Source: an uncultured Dehalococcoidia bacterium (GTDB taxonomy: Bacteria > Chloroflexota > Dehalococcoidia > Lucifugimonadales > Lucifugimonadaceae). Taken from it: a stretch of DNA of 24,000 nucleotides. The DNA lies in assembly GCA_951812795.1 (NCBI GenBank), contig OX638325.1:1488277-1512276 (forward strand), written 5' to 3'. Position numbers and translations under genes: made by a program. Below, piece after piece: positions 16,324-23,559 of this stretch. The notes beneath the pieces were generated by a model, which worked only from the letters and a program-made list of their open reading frames with translations, ran no database searches and had not been told where the DNA came from. How positions within the stretch are numbered: position 1 is the first letter of the stretch; every line of letters begins with the position of its first letter.

Positions 16324-17388
16324 ATGTCCCTCAAAGTTGTGGTTGCCTGTGAGACTTTCGTTGATGTCAAAGGCATCATCGAGTCGGCCGGCGATATTGA
16401 AGTGGAACTACTTGACCCGTTCGAAGAGACGGAACCGTATATCGAGGCGATGAAGGATGCCGATGGTGCTCTCGTCGCGACATGGCCGCTGACGGGTCGG
16501 GATGTTTTGGAGGCCTGTTCCAAGTTAAAGGTCGTTAGCCGCATGGGAGTCGGCGTGGACTCGATCGACCTCGATGCCGCGACTGAGCTGGGCGTGCTGG
16601 CCTGCAATGTGCCGGGCGTTAACACGGTTGAGGTTGCGGATCACGCGATGGCGATGATGCTATCGATACTGCGCCGCATCCCGGAAACCGTTGCGGCGAC
16701 GCGCGAAGGGAAGTGGTCAGACGATCCGGCATTGATGCGCGAATACCAAGAGACGGTCGACCGCGTTGGTGGAAAGACGGTCGGGATTCTCGGATTCGGC
16801 AACATCGGAAGGGCGTTTGCTCAGCGAGTCTCCGGCTTCGGCCCCAAGCGCATAATTTCGTTCGATCCATACGGTTACCAATCGTCCGCCGACCTCTACG
16901 GCGTGCAACTGGTCGACCTCGATGAACTCTGGGCAGAGTCAGACATTATCACTATCCATGCCCCACACACAGAGGCGACAAACCACATCATCAACGCGGA
17001 ATCGTTGGCGAAGATGAAGTCGACTGCGATCCTCATCAACTGCGCCCGCGGAAAGTTGGTCGACCAAGTAGCGCTTCATGCCGCGCTGCGCGATGGGCAG
17101 ATCGCATTCGCCGGAATCGACGTGACGGAGGTCGAGCCAGTGGCATCAGAGGATCCGATACTGACGTTGCCGAACTGCTTTGTTACTCCTCACTTGGCCG
17201 GTTACTCGCCCACGTTCTTGGAGGAGTGCGGGCAGAAGCAGGCAGAGAACGTGAGCTTTGCACTGACGGGACGTGCGCCACATGGTCTGGCGAACCCGGA
17301 TGTCATTAAGACGATCGCTGTTCAGCGCTCCGGCGACGGCGGCCGATGGGCGGGGATCCCGGACTTTTCGACGGGGTTGCCGTTCTAA
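16324..17388 (+). CDS. D-isomer-specific 2-hydroxyacid dehydrogenase (PGDH/CtBP-like)
   Basis: The NAD-binding motif is GKTVGILGFGNIGRAFAQR. IITIHAPHT and LINCARG (with the catalytic Arg) are present. The Glu/His pair lies in DVTEVEP...PNCFVTPHLAG. Confidence 0.85.
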   Translation: MSLKVVVACETFVDVKGIIESAGDIEVELLDPFEETEPYIEAMKDADGALVATWPLTGRDVLEACSKLKVVSRMGVGVDSIDLDAATELGVLACNVPGVNTVEVADHAMAMMLSILRRIPETVAATREGKWSDDPALMREYQETVDRVGGKTVGILGFGNIGRAFAQRVSGFGPKRIISFDPYGYQSSADLYGVQLVDLDELWAESDIITIHAPHTEATNHIINAESLAKMKSTAILINCARGKLVDQVALHAALRDGQIAFAGIDVTEVEPVASEDPILTLPNCFVTPHLAGYSPTFLEECGQKQAENVSFALTGRAPHGLANPDVIKTIAVQRSGDGGRWAGIPDFSTGLPF

Positions 17389-17414
17389 ACAACCCGAGCA
17401 TCAACGCAACTCAA

Positions 17415-18650
17415 TCACCCCAAAACCGTCATCATCACCACCCGGTTCGTGTTTGTGCCGCGTCGGTTGTTGGTGACGCCCCAAGTGTTTGAGGTCTTCG
17501 TAAAGTCTTGCTGGTTTACGAGGACCCCGATTACTTCGACGGGAAGTTGGGCATCTCGAATTGCTGCGTAAACTAGGTCTTCAAGTTTGATGGTTGAGTT
17601 GCGGACCTCGCCGACTTCGTAGCAGATCGTACCGCCGGGTTTGACGACTCGGCAAAGCTCTCGCAAAGTTTCGGCGGTGAAACGTTGCCAATTTTCGGGG
17701 TTTTGCAGGATTGCGATTGGTTGCGCGTCAATGTCTATGTCGGCGAACCACGCCCGAACGTGGTTGTCGGACCGGTAGTCGACGGTGTCAAGGAACGGAG
17801 GCGATGTCACAATCAAATCGACCGAAGCTGTTTTGATCTCTGGCGTGGATGTCGAGTCGCCGCAGATCAGATCAAATTGGGTGTAGTTTAGTCCCCCATG
17901 ACGGAGCAAAGATCGACTCTTCCGCAATATCAATTCTTTGACGTCACGTTCAGAGGGAGTCTGTCCGCGCTTTTCGTTGATGCGCGACTGGCTTTCGATT
18001 GATGCCGCTTGATTTGGGGGTAGCGTGTAAACGGAAAAGAAACCGGGGGAGTGTCCGGTCAATCGACTCATCGCCACCAACCGGATCCAGTCATCGACAG
18101 AATCAAACGTGCCTGTTGTATCGCGTTCGCTTAACCAAGATCGGAGTGCGACGATTTGTCGGAGCGTCGCGGGGTGAAAGAAGACAGCGAATCGCTCATC
18201 GGATTCCGTTGGCTCTACGGCACCCCATGGCACTTCTCGCAACCGGGTTTCGATTTCGCGCAGTTCGGGGGTGTTGAGCCGCGGCCGCGTCATCATGATC
18301 GAAATAGGATTCGCGTCGTTACCGACTGCATGTCGATTCATGAGGGCCGCCTGAATCGGTGTCGTGCCTCGTCCCATGAATGGGTCGTATACGACGCCCT
18401 CGGGATCGGTCAGTCGGGCGATGAAAAACTCGGGGAGTTGTGGTTTGAAGCATGCTCGGTAGCTGATTTCGTGCAAAGCGTGACCGGCCCGCTGTGCATG
18501 CGTCCAGAACTCGTTGACGTAATAGACGAGTGGAAGCGCGTCGGAAGATGAAGTAACTTCGACGACTTCGGTTTTATTTCCAAAGTCGTCGAAGTTGGTC
18601 AACCCGTCGACGAAGTTGTCGACGCGGCTGCGATGTTCCAGACTGATCAC
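17415..18650 (-). CDS. Site-specific DNA methyltransferase (N4-cytosine/N6-adenine class, SPPF catalytic motif), orphan
   Basis: The AdoMet motif I is VYDPFMGRGTT (aa 88-97; DPFMGRG itself is aa 89-95). It is preceded by the HEISYRACFKPQLPEFFI block. The catalytic motif IV is LIVTSPPFLD (SPPF is aa 283-286). No adjacent endonuclease-like ORF is visible. Confidence 0.75.
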   Translation of the reverse strand: MISLEHRSRVDNFVDGLTNFDDFGNKTEVVEVTSSSDALPLVYYVNEFWTHAQRAGHALHEISYRACFKPQLPEFFIARLTDPEGVVYDPFMGRGTTPIQAALMNRHAVGNDANPISIMMTRPRLNTPELREIETRLREVPWGAVEPTESDERFAVFFHPATLRQIVALRSWLSERDTTGTFDSVDDWIRLVAMSRLTGHSPGFFSVYTLPPNQAASIESQSRINEKRGQTPSERDVKELILRKSRSLLRHGGLNYTQFDLICGDSTSTPEIKTASVDLIVTSPPFLDTVDYRSDNHVRAWFADIDIDAQPIAILQNPENWQRFTAETLRELCRVVKPGGTICYEVGEVRNSTIKLEDLVYAAIRDAQLPVEVIGVLVNQQDFTKTSNTWGVTNNRRGTNTNRVVMMTVLG

Positions 18651-18792
18651 TCCGCGAGATTGTAAGTAACGACCGGGCGATCAGTACGGGGGCAGTGCAG
18701 ACCTGCTACCTGCTGTATCCGGTGCTGGATGCGGTTTCGACATTGTCGACCAATGAATTCAACACGAATTCGAAGTCCTGGTACGCGGCGGA

Positions 18793-21198
18793 TTAGACGG
18801 ACGACGAAGGTTCGTCGGGTTCTTCAATTTCGGTTTCTGGCACCGCCATCACACTCGCCATGCGGCGCCGCCGACGGATCCAGAAACGGATCGCGAAGTA
18901 GATGCCCGCACCGAGGATCAGCCAGATCGGCGAGGTCGTCGCGATCCAGATCGCCGCCGTGCCTGCAAAGGTGAAGAACGCGACCAGAACGTTGAGTCCT
19001 TGTGTGGCGGTGTCTCCGGGTTCGAATTCGGACGAGTTCACTGTTGGCGATGCCGTGACGTATATGTCGATGAAATGCGTTTCGCGCACTTCGCCGGCAT
19101 CGCTGTCGCCCCATATCTCGAACTTGACGAGGTACGAATCGGGCCTAAACCGGTCGAATGCATGATCGATCTCGACGCGAGTCACGTCGGTACCGATCGG
19201 CTCTTCGGTGATCTTCGAACCGTCACGGAAGTCCCACCGGTGCATCAAGTTCCGTACCGTCTCCGGATGGTTGAAGGTCGCGGTGAATCTGACCGTTTGG
19301 TTCTCTTCTATGGTGTGTTGAGAGGCCGACAGGTATGCTTCGATCTGTGGCAGTTCCGAGACATGTGCCCACAGCTGGTCACCGCCTTCGGAAACACCTC
19401 TGTCAGACGATGCTTTGACTTTTACCGTCACTACGTATGGCGAGAACGCGTCATTGGTGTAGGTATGGACGACCGGCGCGCTCAAGTAGCTCGACGCGTC
19501 CTGAGTCTTTAACGCCGAATGGACCGTCTGAGACCCGGTTCCGTCGCCGAAATCCCAAGTGATCTCGAAACGATCGTATCCTTCGGGCGGAATGAAGCGC
19601 GCGGTGTACTGCCGTTGCACGTTCGTACCGACGCCGATGTCTTCTCCAGCGTCTACTTCAACCGCTATGGGAGCGACGTTGACCCAGAACTTGTCTCTCC
19701 CGTGTGCCACGCCTTGGTCAGAAGACGCATTGACGTTGACCGACACGACGTACGGTGAGAACCTGTCGGTATCGTAAGCGTGAACTACAGGGACGCTAAG
19801 GTAACCTTGGTTGTCTCGAGTACGCAGCGCTGATCGCACGATCTTCTGTCCGGAAGCGTTGCCGAAGTCCCAGGTGATCCTGAAGTTATCGTAACCCTCC
19901 GGCGGATTGAACCGCGCAGTGTACTGGTTCTGTTCGTGGACACCGACATCGATATCGCCACCCGCATCGACGTTGAACGAGACCGGCGCGACGTGCGCCC
20001 AGATTTTGTCTTCACCTTGTGCCACGCCGTTTTCCGAGTACGCCTTGATGTTGACCGTTACGACATAGGGGGAGAAGCCGTCGCTGCTGTAGCTGTGAAC
20101 TACCGGCACGCTCAACAACCCTTCTTCGTTTTGGGTCCTGAGGGCAGACTTGGCGGAACTAGGTGGTGATCCGTCGCCGAAATCCCAGACGATCTCGTAC
20201 GTGTCGTACCCTTCTGGCGGATTGAAACGCGCAGTGTATTGTCGCTGGGTCGATAGCCCCACGCGGATGTCTGGGCCAGCATCAACCTGCATCGGGATTG
20301 GCGAGAGGTTTACGGTTACCTCCAATTTGGAGAAGTTCGCGGATTGACTGATGAACCGCAATCGTCCGTCAATGCTTTCGAGTTCGGTCTGCCAACTGGT
20401 TATCTCCTTTTGCACTTCCAACAGTTCTTCGACGCTGTCGTACTCGGCGGTTTTCAGTAGCTCCGTCAAAGCGTTAACGGTTTCTTGAACCGTCGTTTGT
20501 CGGGCAGTGAGATCGATGAACTCTTCGGTGAAGTCCGCGCTCGTTGAATTGACTTTTTCAACCTTCGCCACGGAATTTGAGATCTCGTCGATGACGGCAT
20601 CTAAGATTTCAGCGGGCACTCGGATCGTGATGCTGTACGAACCTCGATCATTGGCGGTGCTGTCGACGATCCAACCTCCGCGGTCATTGGCAAGATCGCC
20701 GATTGCGTCGATGGTTGCGCTCGGGTCATCGGATTGCACCGTCATTTCTGCATTTCGGACGATCACTCGTGCCTGTGGTTGGAACGAGATTTCGTCGCTT
20801 TGCGCAGTACCTTCTGAGCCGGATTGGGATTCAACCGATTCGTTTGGGGCTGGCGCCGCGGAACTAGCCGGTTGGACCACACTCTCGCCAGCGACCTCAA
20901 CCTCCTTCAAGACCTCAACAACGCTCTCGACTTCGACCTCCCTCATGACTTCAATTTCGCGCTCGACCACGACGGTCTGGACTACGATTTCGCTTGAAAC
21001 CATCACCTCTTTTTCAACTACTACGGTCTGAATTATTGTTTCACCTTTAACTTCGCGCTCAACCATAAAAGCATCGTTACTCGGTTCCCCATCGCTAGAG
21101 CCGCCGCAATTGACAACCATCAATGCTGCGAACATAAAGCTGAATAGGCTGAGGAAGATTTTCGGTCGCTGAGCGACCATGTCTATTGCGTATGTCAT
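18793..21198 (-). CDS. Envelope protein: N-terminal anchor, V/E-rich linker, DUF4349-like domain, 4 PKD domains, C-terminal membrane anchor
   Basis: AGGAG sits 8 nt upstream of ATG 21198. The hydrophobic N-terminus ends in VVNCGG. VVQTVVVEKEV-type repeats span aa 45-110. The region aa 140-300 (RVIVRNAEMTVQSDD..., ITIRVPAEILDAVIDEIS, SADFTEEFIDLTAR, IDGRLRFISQSANFSKLEVTV) resembles DUF4349 as I remember the family. Three 105-aa repeats carry WDFGDG/WDFGNA, followed by a fourth divergent one with WDFRDG (PKD signature). A hydrophobic segment of about 40 residues is followed by RRRRR and an acidic tail. Confidence 0.8.
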   Translation of the reverse strand: MTYAIDMVAQRPKIFLSLFSFMFAALMVVNCGGSSDGEPSNDAFMVEREVKGETIIQTVVVEKEVMVSSEIVVQTVVVEREIEVMREVEVESVVEVLKEVEVAGESVVQPASSAAPAPNESVESQSGSEGTAQSDEISFQPQARVIVRNAEMTVQSDDPSATIDAIGDLANDRGGWIVDSTANDRGSYSITIRVPAEILDAVIDEISNSVAKVEKVNSTSADFTEEFIDLTARQTTVQETVNALTELLKTAEYDSVEELLEVQKEITSWQTELESIDGRLRFISQSANFSKLEVTVNLSPIPMQVDAGPDIRVGLSTQRQYTARFNPPEGYDTYEIVWDFGDGSPPSSAKSALRTQNEEGLLSVPVVHSYSSDGFSPYVVTVNIKAYSENGVAQGEDKIWAHVAPVSFNVDAGGDIDVGVHEQNQYTARFNPPEGYDNFRITWDFGNASGQKIVRSALRTRDNQGYLSVPVVHAYDTDRFSPYVVSVNVNASSDQGVAHGRDKFWVNVAPIAVEVDAGEDIGVGTNVQRQYTARFIPPEGYDRFEITWDFGDGTGSQTVHSALKTQDASSYLSAPVVHTYTNDAFSPYVVTVKVKASSDRGVSEGGDQLWAHVSELPQIEAYLSASQHTIEENQTVRFTATFNHPETVRNLMHRWDFRDGSKITEEPIGTDVTRVEIDHAFDRFRPDSYLVKFEIWGDSDAGEVRETHFIDIYVTASPTVNSSEFEPGDTATQGLNVLVAFFTFAGTAAIWIATTSPIWLILGAGIYFAIRFWIRRRRRMASVMAVPETEIEEPDEPSSSV
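19342..20286 (-). repeat. Three tandem 315-nt coding repeats (PKD domains 1-3)
   Basis: The repeat units start at the VDAG(P/G/E)D codons at 20286, 19971 and 19656, giving an exact 315-nt period. Conserved blocks are QYTARFNPPEGYD, WDFG, SVPVVH and FSPYVV(T/S)V. Confidence 0.85.
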
Positions 21199-21239
21199 GA
21201 TGAGTTCTCCTTCGTGTGGATTGGGTTCATATAGGAGTT

Positions 21240-21265
21240 GACGCTGGGGGATGCTATTTTGTTCC
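21240..21265 (-). promoter_or_regulatory. Putative ECF-sigma-type promoter P1 (GGAAC-N17-CGTC)
   Basis: The minus strand reads CAGCGGGAACAAAATAGCATCCCCCAGCGTCAAC. The -35 GGAAC is at 21265-21261 and the -10 CGTC at 21243-21240, with an exact 17-nt spacer. There are 41 nt from the -10 to ATG 21198. The GCGGGAACAAA block is identical to that at 23470-23480. Confidence 0.55.
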
Positions 21266-21308
21266 CGCTGAAACGCAGTTTTTCTGAACCTGTTGCGTGT
21301 CCAATAAC

Positions 21309-21344
21309 GAAGACGCCCTCGCGCTATGGAACGAGGGCGTCTTC
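21309..21344 (-). terminator. Stem-loop downstream of the vWA gene (probable terminator, weak U-tract)
   Basis: GAAGACGCCCTCG (21309-21321) pairs perfectly with CGAGGGCGTCTTC (21332-21344) around a 10-nt loop. On the minus strand it is followed by GTTATTGG. It lies between stop 21415 and promoter P1. Confidence 0.45.
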
Positions 21345-21414
21345 TTCGCTTCTCACCGTCAGACTCGCGACGATGAGCGATATCGAAGGCAATGAGCCTT
21401 CAGAGGTCTGCTGA

Positions 21415-23412
21415 TTACCTGCTGTAACCGGTGCGTGGAACTGGTTGGACGCTTCCGACCAGCGAGTCGAGCACGAACTCGAAGTCGTTATAGGCGTCGG
21501 TGCCCGAGATCGGGGAGCCTAGCGATCGAAGCCGCGCTTGGAGGTAGGAGAGATCGTTGTGGATCGATCCGGGGTGGTCGCTGCCGTATTCGTGCCGGCC
21601 GCTGTAGCGATCAGCTGCAAGCGCGACGATGGCACCGAAGTCGGTTGTCGAATCGCGGTTTGACAGGGCGGCCTCGATCTCGCGGTGTTGGCGATTTCCT
21701 TCACCCGTGTTGGGGGTGACCCAACGGACCTCGACATTGCCGAGTGTTTCGTTTCCGTTTCGAAGCACGTACGGGTCGACCAGCTCTAGCTCGAAGAAGA
21801 CCGTAGTTGCGGCACCAGCAGGAAGCTCGGCGAACTTCTTCTCCGCACGAGTGAACGACTCGTCAGAGGTGACGCGGTTTTCGTATCCGATCATTCGCCA
21901 GCTACGAACATGCTCCTCGTCCCAGACAACTTGGGCGCGTGTCTGGTCGGCAAATGGCACGGACAGAGCGTGCCAGTTATCGCGGTCGAAGAGCATGCGT
22001 CCCTCGTCAGGCGAACTGAGGTACCGGTACCAACCGTTCCCATGTTGGGCGAGTTGTTCGAGGAGGACATCGTTGTAGTTGTTGATGCCGACACCGATGG
22101 TGATCAGTCGGATCGGGTTGGCTGGGTTGTCGTCGCGGGCCGATTCGAGGATCGCGAACGGGTTGGTCGCGTCGACGTTGGCCACGCCGTCAGACATGAG
22201 GATCACGTAGTTATACGCGTTAGGTCGCTGCCTGCGCATCTCGTCTGCCAGTTGCACACCCTGGTTCAACCCGGCTTGAACATTGGTTCCTCCACCGGGG
22301 TAGAGGTCTCGAATGGAGTTGCGGAGCGCCGTGCTTCCGGGGTCGTCGTCTTCTACGGTCAAGCCGCGCTTCACGTTGTTGTCGAAGTGAACGATCGACA
22401 TTCGATCATCTCGACCTAGGCTCGTCCGGATGGTCTCGGCGGCTGCGCGCGCAATCTCGACCCGATTTCCGTCGGACATCGAGCCGGAGCCGTCGAGGAC
22501 GAGTGTCACGTTCAACGGGAGGTCGACTACGATATCTGGCGCTTGGAACGCGACGCGAGCTAAGTGGAGGCCGTTGTCCAGCGGATGGGCCATGATGTCG
22601 GTCTGTATGTTGAAGGAATCGTCGTGACGAGGCATCTCGTAGCCGTAATTGAACGCGTTGATCCACTCTTCCGCACGGACGGATGCTGGGTCTACCTCGT
22701 ATCCAGCGCGCGTCCAGTTGAGGGCGAGTTGGAACGAAGTGCGATCGGTGTCGAGGCTGAAGGTCGATGTGTCGTCCTGAGACGTTAGAGCGAAGTTGCT
22801 GCGGGTTGTGTTCTGGAACGTAATCGCGCCGGGTTGGAAGGATTGGCTTGGCGAACTCGGCGGCGATGTCTTGACGACGGGTGTCGGTGCGCTATGCGAT
22901 GCCGCGGTTGCTCCTGGCGCGGCGGTCATGGCTTCGGCTTCTACGATTTTCTCGACCTCAACCTCCAAGACTACTTCCTTGACGATTTCCTTTTCGACAA
23001 TCACAGTTGCTACCGGCGGTTGAGGTGCCGTAGCAGCCGCGGCTTCTCCCGCAGGGCGCGCGGTGGGAACGGGCATGCCCGGTGCTCCGGGTGGTCCGGG
23101 TGCCCCCGGCGCTCCGGGCGCTCCGGGCGATCCCTTTTCGACCAATGTTTCCCCGGCAACCTCGACCCTTTTTTCCACGATGACCGTCTGAACCACCGTT
23201 TCACCCGGCACAGACACTTCCTTTTCGACGATTACGGTTTGGAGCACCGGTTGTCCGGGCACTGATTTTTCGACCACTACCGTTTGCACCACGGTTTCGT
23301 TTCCGCCACACGCGATCGTCGCGGCGACGACCGTGGCGGCGATCACGAGTGCGATGGCCGTCATCGGTTTAGTTACGAGAGTCTTGAGTTGCTCTGTTTT
23401 GTTGATCATCAT
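21415..23412 (-). CDS. Secreted/anchored von Willebrand factor type A protein (YfbK-like: N-terminal vWA-associated domain, vWA, C-terminal DUF3520-like region)
   Basis: GGAG sits 7 nt upstream of ATG 23412. The hydrophobic N-terminus ends in TIACGG. V/E-rich repeats and a Gly-X-Y run follow. The block FSLDTDRTSFQLALNWTRAGYEVDPASVRAEEWINAFNYGY is typical of the YfbK-type N-terminal domain. The MIDAS motif is LVLDGSGSM, with later GGTN and LMSDG. Confidence 0.8.
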   Translation of the reverse strand: MMINKTEQLKTLVTKPMTAIALVIAATVVAATIACGGNETVVQTVVVEKSVPGQPVLQTVIVEKEVSVPGETVVQTVIVEKRVEVAGETLVEKGSPGAPGAPGAPGPPGAPGMPVPTARPAGEAAAATAPQPPVATVIVEKEIVKEVVLEVEVEKIVEAEAMTAAPGATAASHSAPTPVVKTSPPSSPSQSFQPGAITFQNTTRSNFALTSQDDTSTFSLDTDRTSFQLALNWTRAGYEVDPASVRAEEWINAFNYGYEMPRHDDSFNIQTDIMAHPLDNGLHLARVAFQAPDIVVDLPLNVTLVLDGSGSMSDGNRVEIARAAAETIRTSLGRDDRMSIVHFDNNVKRGLTVEDDDPGSTALRNSIRDLYPGGGTNVQAGLNQGVQLADEMRRQRPNAYNYVILMSDGVANVDATNPFAILESARDDNPANPIRLITIGVGINNYNDVLLEQLAQHGNGWYRYLSSPDEGRMLFDRDNWHALSVPFADQTRAQVVWDEEHVRSWRMIGYENRVTSDESFTRAEKKFAELPAGAATTVFFELELVDPYVLRNGNETLGNVEVRWVTPNTGEGNRQHREIEAALSNRDSTTDFGAIVALAADRYSGRHEYGSDHPGSIHNDLSYLQARLRSLGSPISGTDAYNDFEFVLDSLVGSVQPVPRTGYSR

Positions 23413-23452
23413 TGCTGTTCTCCGTGACGTTGTTTTGGGTCACTGAAGAACA

Positions 23453-23478
23453 GACGACGGTGGGTGAGTATTTGTTCC
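23453..23478 (-). promoter_or_regulatory. Putative ECF-sigma-type promoter P2 (GGAAC-N17-CGTC)
   Basis: The minus strand reads CTGCGGGAACAAATACTCACCCACCGTCGTCTGT. The -35 GGAAC is at 23478-23474 and the -10 CGTC at 23456-23453, with a 17-nt spacer. There are 40 nt from the -10 to ATG 23412. Confidence 0.55.
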
Positions 23479-23497
23479 CGCAGAACTCGAAATCGTC

Positions 23498-23536
23498 AAA
23501 AATAAAAAGGCTCGGGACCGATTGCGGTCCCGAGCC
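23498..23536 (-). terminator. Rho-independent terminator of the edge-truncated upstream gene
   Basis: GGCTCGGGACCG (23509-23520) pairs perfectly with CGGTCCCGAGCC (23525-23536) around a 4-nt loop. On the minus strand TTTTTATTTTT (23508-23498) follows. The stem begins 24 nt after the stop at 23560-23562. Confidence 0.8.
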
Positions 23537-23559
23537 CTGTTAGTTTTTGTGCAGGAAAC

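Noticed and set aside
10718-18650. Vsr plus the DNA methyltransferase, considered as parts of one restriction-modification or defence island.
   Set aside because: They are about 6 kb apart and separated by unrelated metabolic genes. The methyltransferase chemistry (SPPF, amino-methylation) does not create the lesions Vsr repairs. No endonuclease, ATPase or helicase candidates are present.
18755-18771. GAATTC-aacac-GAATTC mini-hairpin after the stop of the 801-aa gene, and a tandem ACCTGCT x2 at about 18702-18715.
   Set aside because: The stem is 6-7 bp and AT-rich with no U-tract, and the direct repeat is a trivial 7-mer. The evidence is too weak to call a terminator or regulatory site.
18729-18974. 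81-aa Arg-rich plus-strand ORF spanning the intergenic region and the 3' end of the envelope gene.
   Set aside because: It has an extreme Arg/Ser composition and is antisense to the conserved C-terminal anchor module. It has no RBS.
19342-20286. Regular 315-nt periodicity, considered as a possible CRISPR-like or non-coding array.
   Set aside because: The period is far too long. The repeats are in frame within one long ORF and encode PKD domains.
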